NCBI RefSeq assembly: GCF_039654945.1
Contig: NW_027361864.1
Location: 4,340,001 to 4,404,000 of the forward strand
DNA from: Dendrobates tinctorius
Taxonomy: Eukaryota
Length of the DNA stretch: 64,000 nt
Direction of reading: 5' to 3'
Below are positions 35,861 to 49,160 of the stretch, in pieces. How positions within the stretch are numbered: position 1 is the first letter of the stretch; each line of letters begins with the position of its first letter. The translations under genes were made by a program, and so were the position numbers. The notes under the pieces are model-generated. The model did no database searches, was not told the DNA's origin, and saw only the letters and a program-made list of their open reading frames with translations.

Positions 35861-36442
35861 AGGGAACCTGTCACCACCTGCAGGCATTTTTAAGTAAAAG
35901 AGCCACCTTGTGCAGCACTAATGCTGCATTCTGTCAAGGTGGCTCTTTTATTTACCTGATATTTGTCAGGGGGGAAGGGCTTTCGCCCCTGGACTCAGAC
36001 GCCTCACATATGTCAGTCATGTCAGGCTTTTGAATTTGGCGCCGTCTCCTCAGTGTTCATTTCTTTTACTCATGCCTGCTGCACCGCTACCCTGCTTAGC
36101 TCCGCCCCTACTGGTCACATGGTGCTGACGTCATCACAGGTCCTGCTGCACCACTGAAAGAATATTACAGCGCAGATGCAAGAAAAAGAAATGAACGCTG
36201 AGGAGGCGGCGCCGCCAAATTCAAAAGCTGGACATGAATGACGTATGTGAAGCGTCTGTGTCCAGGGGGGAAAGCCCTGCCCCCCTGACAAATATCAGGT
36301 ATGTCTGACCAATTTTAAAAAAGATTATTTCTGCGGTGGAAGGTACCCAAAATAAAAGAGCCACCTTGACAGAATGCAGCATTAGTGCTGCACAAGGTGG
36401 CTCTTTTACTTAAATATGCCTGCGGGGGGTGACAGGTTCCCT
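35861..36442. mobile_element. T2/Kolobok-type palindromic MITE
   Basis: TTAA TSD at 35857-35860 and 36443-36446. Termini AGGGAACCTGTCACC / GGTGACAGGTTCCCT with ~90-bp near-perfect TIRs. Confidence 0.92.
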
Positions 36443-36529
36443 TTAATATCAGGCTGCAACCAGCAGTGAAAATAGCTGATTGGTGGGGTGCTGGTTGTCA
36501 AACCCTGGCTCATCTTATATTTGCACAAA

Positions 36530-37124
36530 TACTGTCATATACGTCACATAAGAGACGCTGAGACTCTGCCATATGCATCATGTAGGAGACGCTAACGCTC
36601 TGTCGTATACGTCCCATAGGAGATGCTGAGACTCTGCCGTATACGTCCCATAGGAGACGCTGAAACTCTGCCATATATAGTCCCATGTGAACGCTGAGAC
36701 TCTGCTGTGTATGTCCTATAGGAGACGCCGAGATTCTGCCGCGTACGTCACATGGGAGACGCCGAGACTCTGCCGCGTACGTCACATGGGAGACGCCGAG
36801 ACTCTGCCGCGTACGTCACATGGGAGGCGCCGAGACTTTGCCGCGTACGTCACATGGGAGGCGCCGAGACTCTGCCGCGTACGTCACAGGGGAGACGCCG
36901 AGACTCTGCCGCGTACGTCACAGGGTAGACGCCGAGACTCTGCCGCGTACGTCACAGGGGAGACGCCGAGACTCTGCCGCGTACGTCACAGGGGAGACGC
37001 CGAGACTCTGCCGCGTACGTCACAGGGGAGACGCCGAGACTCTGCCGCGTACGTCACAGGGGAGACGCCGAGACTCTGCCGCGTACGTCACAGGGGAGAC
37101 GCCGAGACTCTGCCGCGTACGTCA
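36530..37124. repeat. 34-bp CpG-rich minisatellite (~17 units) in PIGO intron 1
   Basis: Unit agacgccgagactctgccgcgtacgtcacagggg, period 34. Confidence 0.95.
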
Positions 37125-37358
37125 AATAGGCTGTAGCACAATTCTGGGTACTACAGATATCCGCAACAGGCGCTGCCAGACCTAATTACAGCTTGTGCTG
37201 TGTCAGACTGATATTTATCAGTATCACTTGCCTGGAGAGCCCCTTTAAGGAATTGCTATGTAGACTGTTTATGATCACATGCTCATATATTATATGACTA
37301 GAACGCTGCAGTTATGGTTTTGCTCACTGTTCTACGTCTCTTGTTCAGATCTTGCAGG

Positions 37359-37839
37359 ATGAAGAGGGCGCTGCTGCTTCTCCTCCTGGCCTGGCTCTCT
37401 GTCTCCTTTTACTCCGGCATTTGGCTTTTCATGAGCGGATTCCTTCTCATGAGAATTGAGCTTAATAACCAGAGTCAATGCTCATTGCCGCCGTCTGCTG
37501 CTCTCCACCTCCACGCTGGCCCCTGTTGGTTCCCGCAGAGATTTGAGAAGGCAGTTATAGTCATTATCGATGCTCTCAAATATGACTTTGCCCGATACAA
37601 CCCAGCAAACGCCAACCCGAAGCCATATGAGAACAAGCTGGGTGTGATCCACCAGCTCACCACTTCACAACCGCAGCATGCCAGGCTTTACCCTTTTCGG
37701 GCAGACCCTCCGACCACCACCATGCAGAGGATTAAAGGATTCACCACAGGTTCACTGCCGACGTTTGTGGATGTGGGAAGCAACTTTGCCAGTTATGCCA
37801 TTCAGGAGGACAACTTGATCCATCAGATGGTACAAAATG
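37359..37839 (+). CDS. PIGO: PIGO first coding exon
   Basis: [12 protein letters not shown]...[24 protein letters not shown]...QMVQN; donor gtgcgt at 37840. Confidence 0.95.
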
Positions 37840-40800
37840 GTGCGTGTTGTCACTGGGATATTTTCATTCTGACTTCTGCGTTTGTCCTGAGAGCTGAATA
37901 AGGGTCATAGACAGTATATTACCCATATTAAAATGGACATAGCACTTATATGGGTTGTCCACTCTTTGATTTAAATGTCAGACCCTTTAAATATGTCAGC
38001 AAACCAGGTTGGTGGTGGTCCGGAGTCTGTGACCCCTATGATCAGCTCTGTACACTCTTTAGAGTTGTATCTTTTTGGTTCTGGAGTTTGGTGGAGAGTT
38101 GTTGCTCCCCGCAGGGCTGTGGAGTCGGAGTCGTGGAGTCGGTGCTCATTTTGGTGGAGTCGGAGTTGGAGTCGGTATAAAATGGACCGACTCCGACTCC
38201 TAAAATATATAATAAATTGGGTACAGTAGTTCAATGCAGGATGTGCTGAATATTTTTTCATAGGAATTTGGGAAAGTTATGAAATGTCCTATAAATGGCT
38301 GTTCTATTCCTGATCTAAGGCTACATTCACACACAGCGTTTTTCCTGTGTTTTTTGAGGATACGTTTTTCAGCTGCAAAAGCAGATCATCTTTTTAAAAA
38401 ACTGCATCACCTGAAAGGTTTTTGAGCTCATAGATAATGTTACTCAATAGCAAAAGCAGATTAGAAATCTGCTCTATCTATCCATTTATCCATATCTGTC
38501 TATCCATATCGTATCTGTACCAAAAAGAATGAAAACCGGGTAGTACACCAATATACGGTATATTCTGTTCTATCTAAATATCTTGATTATTGGATCATAA
38601 AAATGATTAAATGTCTGAGGTTCACATTGTACTACAATAAATTTTTCACTTAAATATAAGCAATATGTGTCGGAGTTGGAGTCGGTGTAAGAGAAATTGA
38701 GGAGTCGGAGTCGCAGGTTTGGCTTACCGACTCCACAGCCCTGGCTCCCCGATATCTGTGCTGATGGCTTCTGACATGTCTTTCTGGTGTTTCCATATAC
38801 CCTCAAATTACTATTTTAACATTTAATATATTCTGTAAGGTATGACTGTGCTGTCACTGAGATACTGTCCATGACTTACAGGGAAGAGAGTGGTGTTCAT
38901 GGGGGATGACACCTGGGATGGGCTGTTCCCCAGAAAGTTCTACAAGTCTTATTTCTTCCCATCCTTCAATGTAAAGGATCTGCATACCGTGGACAACGGG
39001 ATCTTACAGCATCTGTACCCAACTGGTGAGTGACATTACCTGAATATTTTATTTCTTATGGACGGGCATTTTTATGTTTCCTGATCAGATCATGGAAGGT
39101 GGAGGCCAGTTGCTCTCCTGTAGATATGGTGAAAAAATTGTGTTTTCCATCTTTCCTTCTTTTATTCTCCATTGCATCGTCTTTATGTTTTGGTTTTGCC
39201 ATGTTCGTTTTGTGGTCACTAGATCTGGACTGAAGCAAATATTTCAAGGAAAAATGCACCAAGAAAGATCTAGTGATTATACTGTTGAGGTATATTAGAG
39301 CTCCTCATCAATCCAATGAGTTTAGGCATAGATAGTATTAAAACATGTAAGAACTTACTGCCACAAAATGGTTGCAGATCGCACCTAAAATCTGAAGGCC
39401 AATGCTGACTACTCCTTCCTCATAGCTCCTAGGGGTTCTGAAATGTAAAATGTAATTTTAATGTTGCACTCAGCTCTTCCTGGCTGTGGTTTGAGAAGAA
39501 CCAAAGGACCTACTTCTCTGCTACAATGCTCAGTGGGACTCATCCTGATTAGTGATGAGTGAGTATACTCTTTGCTCTGGTTTTCCCGAGCATGCCCGGG
39601 TGATCTCCGTATTTTGACGTGCTCGAGGATTTAGTGTTTGTCAACGCATCTGCATGATTTGCGGCTGCTAGACAGGCTGAATACATGTGAGGATTGCCTG
39701 TTTGTTAGGAATTACACACATGTATTCAGGCTGTCTAGCAGCCGCAAATCATGCAGCTGCGTCGACAAACACTAAATCCTAAATCTACGAGCACCCCAAA
39801 ATACTTGGAGATCACCCGAGCATGCTCGGGAAAACCCGAGCAACGAGTATACTCTCTCATCACTAATCAGGATGAGTCCCACTGAGCATTGTAGCAGAGA
39901 AGTAGGTCCTTTGGTTCTTCTCAAATCACAGCCAGGAAGAGCTGAGTGCAACATTAAAATTACATTTTACATTTCAGAACCCCTAGGAGCTATGAGGAAG
40001 GAGTAGTCAGCATTGGTCTTCAGATTTTAGGTGCGATCTGTAAACATTTTGTGAATTCAGACCTAATTTTTAGTAGACAACTCTGAAATGCTGCTGTGTT
40101 TTAGAAAAAAGCATAATTTAAGTCGCAGGGGACTGAGCCGCACATGAGAGTAGTCGGACAGGCTTTTTGTAAGCAGCTTCTTTACTGTCAAGAGAGCAGG
40201 TTTTGCCTGCAGAAAAAACGTACCAGTAATGCAACATGTGAACATAGCCTTACACGGCACCATAGAAATGATCTGACACTCCATGTAACACATGCGCCTT
40301 CTGTATCATCCACAACAATAACCCGTGTGTGACGCTGTTCTTCGCTCTAAATTGTTGAACACCCCTAAAATGGAGGACGTCTTCTCTTAACCAGACACCT
40401 TGTGATTTGTCTGAACAGTGGACGGAGGAGACTGGGATGTAGTCATCGCCCATTTTCTTGGTGTTGATCATTGCGGGCACAAACATGGCCCGGACCACCC
40501 AGAGACTGCCAAGAAACTGATGCAGATGAATCAAGTCATCATGTGAGAGCAACTGTTTTTTATACTGCTTGTGTTACATTTTAATAAAATGATATTGTAG
40601 ATATTCTAAGAATTTCCCCAGCCCCGGATCCAATGTTTGGATCCGTCACCAACAATAAACGTTGTAAATGTTCTAAATATCTGGTAAAATAAGTTGTGGT
40701 CTTGTTCCACAGGTCACTCATCGAGCATCTGGATGACAGGACACTGCTGGTGGTGGCCGGAGACCATGGGATGACGGACACCGGAGACCACGGAGGAGAC

Positions 40801-43800
40801 AGTGAAAAGGAAGTGACTGCAGCGCTCTTCTTGTACAGCAAGGCCCTTCTGTTCGGCGACCAGCTACACATGGTATTACTTTTTGGCAGGGTTAACAACA
40901 GATAATGGGTAATATCCCCCATAGGGAGAGAACGTGCTAACAGTACTTTTATTTCTTAGGACCCTGCAGCAGTTCCTCAAGTGAACCTGGTGCCGAGCCT
41001 GTCGCTGCTCCTCGGTATTCCCATTCCATACAGTAACCTGGGAGCTGTTATTGACGACCTCTTTGGTTTCCCTGAAGATAAGTTATCAAAGACCAGCGCT
41101 TACCACCTCAATGCCCAGCAGGTACTTTTATGCACTGTGTATATTCCTATAGTGTGTCTGTTGCCCATTTTTACCTACATTTTTCTACCCTTTTAGAATA
41201 GTAGCACTTAAATGCCATAACTAAGACTAAATACTGAAAAAAATATGGAAATCAAAAAAGCATTCAAGACTACAACAAGATATACTATCCTTAGACCAGT
41301 TATGTAAAGCATGTGGCTGCGGCTCTCCAGCTGGCATAGTAGGCCCTGACGGCTGCAGACACTACATTCTCACGGTGCGCAGCGTGTGCTTTTATCTCAC
41401 ACTTCAGTGAGCCCTTACTTCTGTACACCCTTTTGGGCCTGGCAGATACCGAAAGTGTTCAGGAGGGCCTACGTCTGATGGTGCACTTTAAGCCCGGTCA
41501 AGCTAAAGTCTCGGAGTTTTGCTCTGTTCATTAATGCACCTGCTGACAAGTGGCTTTAATGACCACAAATCCATGTATGCTCTCTGGGGGCTTGTACTTT
41601 CCTTCTGATAGCTACTTGTTGAGTATCTCAGTATCAGTGGTTTCCTACATCTGCTTTTTTCTTTCTCTTATAGGTGGCTCGCTACTTGGACTCCTATTCT
41701 CGAGCTGCGGGGGACTTACCCGCTGAGAAGTTAAGAGCTTTGGCGGATCTGTTTACCTCATTGACAGCAGAATATGAGCAGCTTCTGTCACAGCGGGATC
41801 AGCTGCCTGAGGGAGAGATGGAGGCTCATCTGCAGAAGACTATACTTGGGTTCCAGGGCTACCTGACCCAAGCCAGGAGTGTCTGCATGGAGTCGTGGGC
41901 TCGCTTCCACCCTGTGCATATGCTCGTGGGCTGCGTCATTCTGCTGGCCTCCTGTTTCCTCTGTTACATCATCGCAGAGGCTGGGGCAGCCGTGACTTTA
42001 CCTTACAAGTATTTGTTAGGATATCCTTTTCTCTTTTCTTTAATGGTTACTGCTGTGCTGGGCCTGGCAACATGGATGTCCGTGGTAGCACTTGATCTCG
42101 TAACTCTTTATGCCACAGCCACTGTGGTTTCCCAGATCAGTTTTTTCTTCAGCTTTCAGAGAAAGAAGTGTTCACAGATGAGATGGAGGACGCGTCCATT
42201 TCATCTCCTACTGTCCGGCCCTTGCGTTGTGCTTTTTTTCCGCTGCTGTTCCTTGTTTTCAGACAGTTACGTGGTTGCAGAAGGGACCGTGGCACCTTTC
42301 CTTCTCACGTCTCTGCTCTCGGTGACTGTGGTGAAGCTACATTGGGATGGCAAACTAACGCTGCCAACATTTTCCCCTCTAGGCGAGTCTTTGAAAGCTT
42401 CCCTGACCCCAGCTTACAGGAAGGACGGCACCAGCCTTATGTGGTTACTGGCAGCACTGGGGATTTGTGTTCGTCTGTCAGGACTATTCCATAATTGCCG
42501 GGAGGAGACTCCAGATTGTCAGCCGTCCTCCTTCCTGTCCCCCCTCTCCAGCGTTCAGGACCCTCAGATGAAGAACTTCTGCTATGTTTGCTGCGTTGTG
42601 TGTCTTGGTTTCATGGTCTTCCTCATCAGAAAGTGGCTGCAACATTATGGTAACCTGAACAGCTCCTCTCCGCTGGTGCTGTTTGTCCGCTGGGGCCTTT
42701 CTCTTATCGTTCTAGGAATCGCTTGCTACTGGGCCCTGAGCGCAGGGACAGAGGATAGTCTCCCAAAGCTGCGGGAGCTCACACAGCTCGCCCTTGTGAC
42801 CTGTCCCAGAGCTATCTACGCCATGGCCGTCCTGGGCCTCCTCCTGGCTTTGTGGAGCCCTATGACAATCTATATGAAGAGCCGGGCCTCTGATGATGAC
42901 CACACAGTAACCACTTACCGCGGAGCCCCCGGCTCTGCAGCCGAACTGCAACACGTAATCCCCCAGATCTACAGGAAAATGCAGCGCACACTGAAGAGCC
43001 GCCTCCAGCTCGGGCGCGAGGGAGAGGATAGGAAGAGTAGAGCGGCGGTTGAGGCCTACGGTCTGGGCAGCGTGTACTCCGCCAGCATAGTGATCACCCT
43101 GTCTATCCTGACTCTGCTCCTGATATTGCTGCACAGCGAGAGGCTGACCCCGGCCTTCCTGCTGCTCTTATTAGAGGCCTTCGTTATCTTGCACATCCAC
43201 GGACATGTCTCCAATCTTTACAGTGACGGTGTTGGTAAGTAAGCATATAGTCCAGCATTGTGGCTGCTGGATTTGCTGAAATTAAAGGGATTGTCCAGCT
43301 GAAAACAATTCTCTTTTTAAATGTGATTATTATTAATACAATCGAGCGCTCCCACTCTCTGCAAGGAACGGGGCGTTGCTGACTAGCTCATTTCAGTAGC
43401 CAAGACACCCCTCTTCTGTACGTCCTATTGATAACCAGAGAAGAGTATGTCCTAGCTCGTGAAATGAGAAGTCAGTCCATCCCCTTCACACCAAGGAGTT
43501 CTTAGATGCTGACATAGTGTCCTATCTCTTGTATTAAACCTTCCACTTGTCTTTCACTCTCTCGAGCGTTCCTAGCGTCACCACCATAGCGAAGCCAGCC
43601 CACTTCTCTGTAGCATCGTATGACTAAAGAAAACTGCCAGGAAGAAAATATATCAAACTCGCAAAATATATAGCTTTTATTAAATTACCAGTTAAAACAC
43701 ACAACTGCAAAAAAAACAGTCACAAAATACATAACCGAGAGATGTGCCTATACGATGGGATTATCAAGCCCCAATAAACTCCCAAGAGGTAGGAAATTGT

Positions 43801-45838
43801 CCCTATTATACCCTAGTTTGCACCCGACACTGATATCTGCAGGTTAGGGCATCTTTGGAAATGTATGAGTAAGTTGTATATCTTGTATTTTTTCTTGATT
43901 TGGACCACCCCTTTAAACTGTATTTTAATATATCACATAGACATAACTTTGGAATATGTTTCTACCGGGAACGTAACCAATATGGTGACCATTACTGCTC
44001 TTCCCAACAAGCATGGGGACACAATAACATTTTTTGCACACATCTGGCCCATTTTAAATTATAGGGATGGTCGGCGTATTTCCTGAAATAATGACATTTA
44101 GATTGAGATGTGCTCATTAATGCTCTTTGAACACCCACCCATGACTATTTGGGGTCTGATTTGGATGGAGGGGTCTGCGTAATTCCTGTCCTCGTACCTG
44201 CCAGCTTCTAGGCTCTTAGTCTTGCTGATTGCCCGGTATTGTAACTTATGGAATATGACATTGATTTGAATTTTTATGCTATTTTCTTTCTGCAGAATTG
44301 TTTAGTGTCCCCTGGTACGCTGTGCTGGCGTGGTCCCTGGCCTCCTGCCAGAACTTCTACACCACCGGTCACCAGCCAGTCTTCCCTGCCATCCACTGGA
44401 ACTCTGCTTTTGTGGGAATTCGGGACGGACACACGAATAATATCATCCCAGCCCTGATGGTCGCAGCGAACACTTTCTCCGCCAACATCCTATTCTCAGG
44501 TACCCATCCATTCTGCATTCTACAGACGTTGGATTTCTGGTGCCCTTCGATGCGGACGCCTCATGCAGAACATACGGATCACACCAGGAACATGTTTGTA
44601 TTAACGGTTTTCATTAAATTCTATTTCTCTCTCCTGAGGAAGCCGGATCATGTCTGTTACTACTTTGGCCATTTTTGTGTGAAGCCACAGCTTCCCGAAG
44701 AAAGAAAGGTAAAAAGGAGAGCCGAGAGGGGGAGACTGAAGACTATGATATGCCCATGATGGAAATGAGGCTTCGGGAGGATCCAGACAGGTTCTCTGTA
44801 GCTCTGCTGCAGCTTGGGACCAAGTATCTCTTCATCCAGGGAGTGCAGGTACCTGATTCACGGGGTTACATTTAACTGTACGTATTAAAGAAAACCTTCA
44901 GATGCCATGTCATATGTATTATCAGAACGCAACCCAAATAAATCACATGCCCATGTCGGCATGTATTCTGCCTCTCTGCACTCACGATTATATGTATTGT
45001 GTTAGGCTATGTGCACACTCTAGCGTTTTTAAACGCTCAGGAAAAGGATCCCCTTTCCAGAAATCGCGTGTCTCTTTCCGCGCGTTTTTTGCGCGATTTT
45101 TGACGCGTTTTTGACACGCGATTTCTGGCATCATTGGGGATGGCTAAAAACGCTCAGCAATGCGGAAATTAATGAGCATGCTGCGTTTTTAGCCGCTAAG
45201 CGATTCCTGAGCGGTTAAAAATGCATGCATTGGCACAGAAAGCCAAAAACGCATGCTAATTAATTTGATGCATCTTTTAAGCGTTTCTGCAGCGTCTGAG
45301 CCGGCTCAAACGCTGCGGAAACGCTTAAAAAAACGCATCGTGTGCACACAGCCTTAGCATATTAAATGCCACTGTCAACATCTGATAATGGCATTAACAG
45401 CATGCCAGCATGGGGGTGCGTTATTCCCTGCGCCTGTGAAGTGATCGCGGGCTGCTATGACAGACCTCTGACTGCCATCATGGAGCTCTGTTGAAACCGC
45501 GCCTGTGGCCGAGCTTCAAAGGAGACCATGATGTTTAATATACAACGGTATACTGTACATAGCAGTATATAGCAGAAGCGATCAGACAATTGCAGGTTCA
45601 AGTTCCCTAAGGGATGAATAAATATGGTAAAAAAAAAATAGAAATATGAATTTGAATTGCCCTCATTTTCCCCCCATTAACTATATGATATTAAAAAAAA
45701 AAATATCGCCACATCCAAAAAAAAGTCTGATCTATCCAAATATTAAACACTATATTAAACGTCATTAAACACTAAAATCAAAACTCCAAAATTGCTTTTT
45801 TTGTTTATTTTGTTACCAAAAGGGTGTAAAACAAAAAC

Positions 45839-45926
<88 letters not shown>

Positions 45927-47378
45927 TACACATTTTTACCACGCCATGTACACCATAAAAACAGTTCCCACAAAGCAATGTCAGAATTGCAGGGGTTTTT
46001 TTCTTGTTTTTTTTCTTGATTTCACCGCACTTGGGTTTGTTTTTTTTTTTTCCTGTATTCCAGTAGAGTATATGATAAAATATGTGGTGTAATTCACAAA
46101 AATCAAGCCCTCGTACGTCTGTGGACAGGAAAAAAAAGGAAAAACAGAAATTGAGCATGTTGCGCAAAGGGTTTAATTATTTTTTTCTTTAAAATATTTA
46201 CTTTTTTTCACCTATCACTATATAAAAAATAAGACTCCAGCAGCCTCTGTAAGCGCTAAGATGTCTGCAATCATTGTATATAGAAATTGTGCACGTCATT
46301 AAATTCAATTGACTGACACATGCACTACTGAACTGTATTGGAAGTAAGTAAAGAGCAGTTTCTCATCAAAGCAAAGATTATTGTGAAGGGGGGAGGAGGA
46401 GGTGAGCTGTGATATTGCCTACTGTGAATGGTGGAGCCCGTTTTATCTACTGTATATAGAAGCCTTACCGGTCACTGTGATCCTGCCTGTGATAACGGGA
46501 CTGCTGAAAAGTCTTCTGTACAGAACAGGAAGTGTGAGTCTGGTATAAGTCCTAGTAACCAGTGTGAAAATTGCAAGCGTCCTGAATTATTATTTTGAAA
46601 TATAGCTAGTAATAGAAAAGTTAAAAAGAAGCATCAAACATTTTGAAAAAAAAAAATACATTTAATGTAAAAAACTGTTTCAAACAAGAGGTAATTTTCT
46701 GACAACACCTTGCCTTTAATTCTAATATGATGTCTGTGACTTCCCAGCTGCTGTCCTGTGTCTGTGCTGCCATGGTACTCCGTCGCCATCTAATGGTCTG
46801 GAAAGTATTTGCACCAAAGTAAGTTTGACATGAGACTTTTTATTATCTACTTTTATATAACCCCAATATAATTAAAGGCTATCTGTCAGCAGGGTTTTCT
46901 ATGTAATCTAAGAGCAGCATAATGTAGGGGCAGATACCCCAATTCCAGCAATGCATCATTTATTGGGCTGCTTGATGTAGTTTTGATAAAATCCCAGTTT
47001 TCTCTGCTGCAGATCTAGCTGAGCTGTGTATAACCCCGCCTAAACCACTGATTGGCAGCTTTCAGTTTACATTGTCAGCAAGCTGCCCATCAGTGGTGGG
47101 GGCGAGGTTACACAGATGAGCTGGACTGGCCTCCACGTGACACCTAGTCCTATAGCAATCTGAGCCGGGCAGAATGCAGCATAGCTTAGGTTACCGCTAG
47201 ATGCTGGACAGCCACCGTCATCACGTCGTGTCTTTTTCTGTCTCCCAGGTTCCTGTTTGAAGGTTTGGGCTTTGTGGTCAGCAGCCTCTTCCTCCTCTTC
47301 GGAATTGCACTGGTGTTAAGGGTTGACTGTGCGGTCAGTAACTGGTTCAAGAACTTGACTGTGCAGCAGAACAGGTAG
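37359..47378 (+). CDS. PIGO: GPI ethanolamine phosphate transferase 3 (10 coding exons, 3243 nt, 1080 aa)
   Basis: join(37359-37839,38882-39025,40419-40542,40713-40872,40960-41121,41674-43234,44296-44499,44643-44848,46748-46818,47249-47378). Motifs [45 protein letters not shown] and [14 protein letters not shown] are present, and phases are consistent. Confidence 0.97.
38112..38743. mobile_element. hAT MITE with GGAGTC repeats
   Basis: TIR cagggctgtggagtcgg / ccgactccacagccctg; perfect 8-bp TSD gctccccg at 38104-38111 and 38744-38751. Confidence 0.93.
38882..39025 (+). CDS. PIGO: PIGO coding exon 2
   Basis: [40 protein letters not shown]. Confidence 0.96.
39362..40053. repeat. 692-bp inverted repeat: palindromic MITE (39550-39865) plus an inverted duplication of 188 bp of flank
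   Basis: 39362-39549 is the reverse complement of 39866-40053 (about 4 mismatches by eye). The centre has TAGTGATGAG...CTCATCACTA termini. Confidence 0.93.
40419..40542 (+). CDS. PIGO: PIGO coding exon 3
   Basis: [40 protein letters not shown]. Confidence 0.96.
40713..40872 (+). CDS. PIGO: PIGO coding exon 4
   Basis: [42 protein letters not shown]. Confidence 0.96.
40960..41121 (+). CDS. PIGO: PIGO coding exon 5
   Basis: [33 protein letters not shown]. Confidence 0.95.
41674..43234 (+). CDS. PIGO: PIGO coding exon 6 (large multi-transmembrane exon)
   Basis: 522-aa ORF with CMESWARF and [10 protein letters not shown]; tag acceptor at 41671-41673 and donor gtaag at 43235. Confidence 0.96.
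44296..44499 (+). CDS. PIGO: PIGO coding exon 7
   Basis: [43 protein letters not shown]. Confidence 0.95.
44643..44848 (+). CDS. PIGO: PIGO coding exon 8
   Basis: [32 protein letters not shown]. The in-frame acceptor is the AG at 44641-44642. Confidence 0.9.
45005..45353. mobile_element. PIF/Harbinger MITE
   Basis: TTA TSD; ggctatgtgcacac ... gtgtgcacacagcc termini. Confidence 0.85.
45839..45921. repeat. (GT)n(AT)n compound microsatellite
   Basis: Directly visible in the sequence. Confidence 0.97.
46748..46818 (+). CDS. PIGO: PIGO coding exon 9
   Basis: [24 protein letters not shown]. Confidence 0.96.
47249..47378 (+). CDS. PIGO: PIGO last coding exon
   Basis: [42 protein letters not shown]; TAG at 47376-47378. 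Confidence 0.95.
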
Positions 47379-48443
47379 CGCAGGAGAAGATGGGAGACGG
47401 TTGCGGTGTCAACAGAGACTAGAATTCACTCAGTGCCTGGAGGACGCTTGTACCCACACACCTCAGTATGTCGACTTCTTTGGCATCGGGGGTCTGGATG
47501 GATTTGCACTACTAAATAACTTTTGTTTTTATCCTTTTGGAAGCTAAGGCCATCATATCCAGACATCAGTATGGAGGTGCTGTATTAACATCCGGGCATT
47601 TTGCACAATGGTTACAGGGAACCTCGCCACGGCCCCAGCATCCTGTGTAAACGGTACAACCAATGTGACCTAAGCCTATAAGGAACTCGCTGAACAGAGT
47701 TATTGGGGGCTTATGGTGGACCTGCATGCTGCCACAACAGGAATGGAAAAATATTGCCAAGGATTTTAGAATTTTAGAGGACTATTAAAAAAAAAAAAAA
47801 AAAAAAAAATGTTTTTGATAATTTGACATTGACCCTGAGTCCACACAGGGTATATTCTGTATATATTGTACCTCTCTGCAGCTACTGGCCAAACTACGGG
47901 TGTACAAATCGGTCTGAGATCGGACCTCAATGCACGGACTGGCAGCGACTATCCTGACCCGAGCGTGATGGCTTCTTATATTTCTATGCATCCGTCACGC
48001 TCAGGTCGGGAGAGCCATCGTACAGTCTGAGCATTGCGTTCTGATTTATACAGCCGTCTGAAGCCCTAATATTTGTGTGTACTTTCACTGATCACTTATG
48101 TTATTCAGAGCAGCAGGGAAGTTCGGCGTGAAACAAACTCCTGGTGACGCTTATCCTCCATACAATTTGATTGGAACAATCCAGTCATCCATGCCTTATG
48201 GCAGCTCTTTAGTAAAAGTTTGACTCTAAACAAAAAAAAAACAAATTTCCAGACTAAGTAACACAAATATGCACTTTATTAATGTTATTGACAAACTGGC
48301 TTATAATGGAGCGCAGCGTGTTTTTATTAGTTTTATTATTTGTTCACATCAGGCGTTGACTGATATCTTTTTAATCAGCATTTTTACCTCCCGCATCCTC
48401 TTTATACCGGTACACAGCAGTGGTTTGGTCAGACACCCACTTA

Positions 48444-48967
48444 AGCCCCCGTCACACGCAACAGCGATCTCACCGGCGAGATCGCTGTGTGTGACAGCTA
48501 TCAGCGACCGGCCCCCCTGCTGATCGCTGTGGAAACCTCTGGACATTTTTGGGGTCGCTGGTCTGCCGCTGGCCAGCACGCATCGCTTGCGTGTTACAGG
48601 CAGGAGACCAGTGAGCAGGAGCTGTTAACTAGGGTAAGCGCAGGGTCTCTAAGGGGCGCGCAGCGCCTAGAAACCTGATGTGTACCTTAGTTATCAGCGC
48701 GCTGATGCAGGGAGCTGGTAACCAAGGTACACATCGGGTTTCTAAGTGACGCACGCCCTTTAGAAACCCGATGTGTACCTTGGTTACCAGCTCCCTGCAT
48801 CAGCGCGCTGGTAACTAAAGTACACAGTGACGCCGCGCGCTCGGCATCGCTGGTGAAGCTGCCTGTTTGACAGCTCACCAGCGATCATGTAGCGACACAC
48901 CAGCGATCCTGACACGTTGATATCGTTGTCGGGATCGCTGGTGAGTCGCTATGTGTGACGGGGCCCC
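48444..48967. mobile_element. Harbinger-type palindromic MITE
   Basis: gcccccgtcacac ... gtgtgacggggccc termini; internal inverted gtaaccaaggtacacatcgggtttct motifs. Confidence 0.75.
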
Positions 48968-48968
48968 T

Positions 48969-49160
48969 ACAGGTGCTTCTCACAAAATTAGAATATCATC
49001 AAAAAGTGAATTTATTTCAGTTCTTCAATACAAAAAGTGAAACTCATATATTATATAGAGTCATTACACACAGAGTGATCTATTTCACTTGTTTATTTCT
49101 GTTAATGTTGATGATTATGGCTTACAGCCGATGAAAACCCAAAAGTCATTATCTCAGTAA
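48969..49160 (+). mobile_element. Tc1/mariner terminal fragment
   Basis: TA followed by CAGGTGCTTCTCACAAAATTAGAATATC, a Tc1-type end. Confidence 0.6.

Noticed and set aside
37314-37358. Upstream in-frame ATG extending PIGO
   Set aside because: It lies in the intron upstream of the splice acceptor at 37348; the homologous start is ATG 37359.
43560-43860. Possible additional PLE pseudo-LTR tail in a PIGO intron
   Set aside because: The composition is suggestive, but no hammerhead core, ORF or TSD was found.
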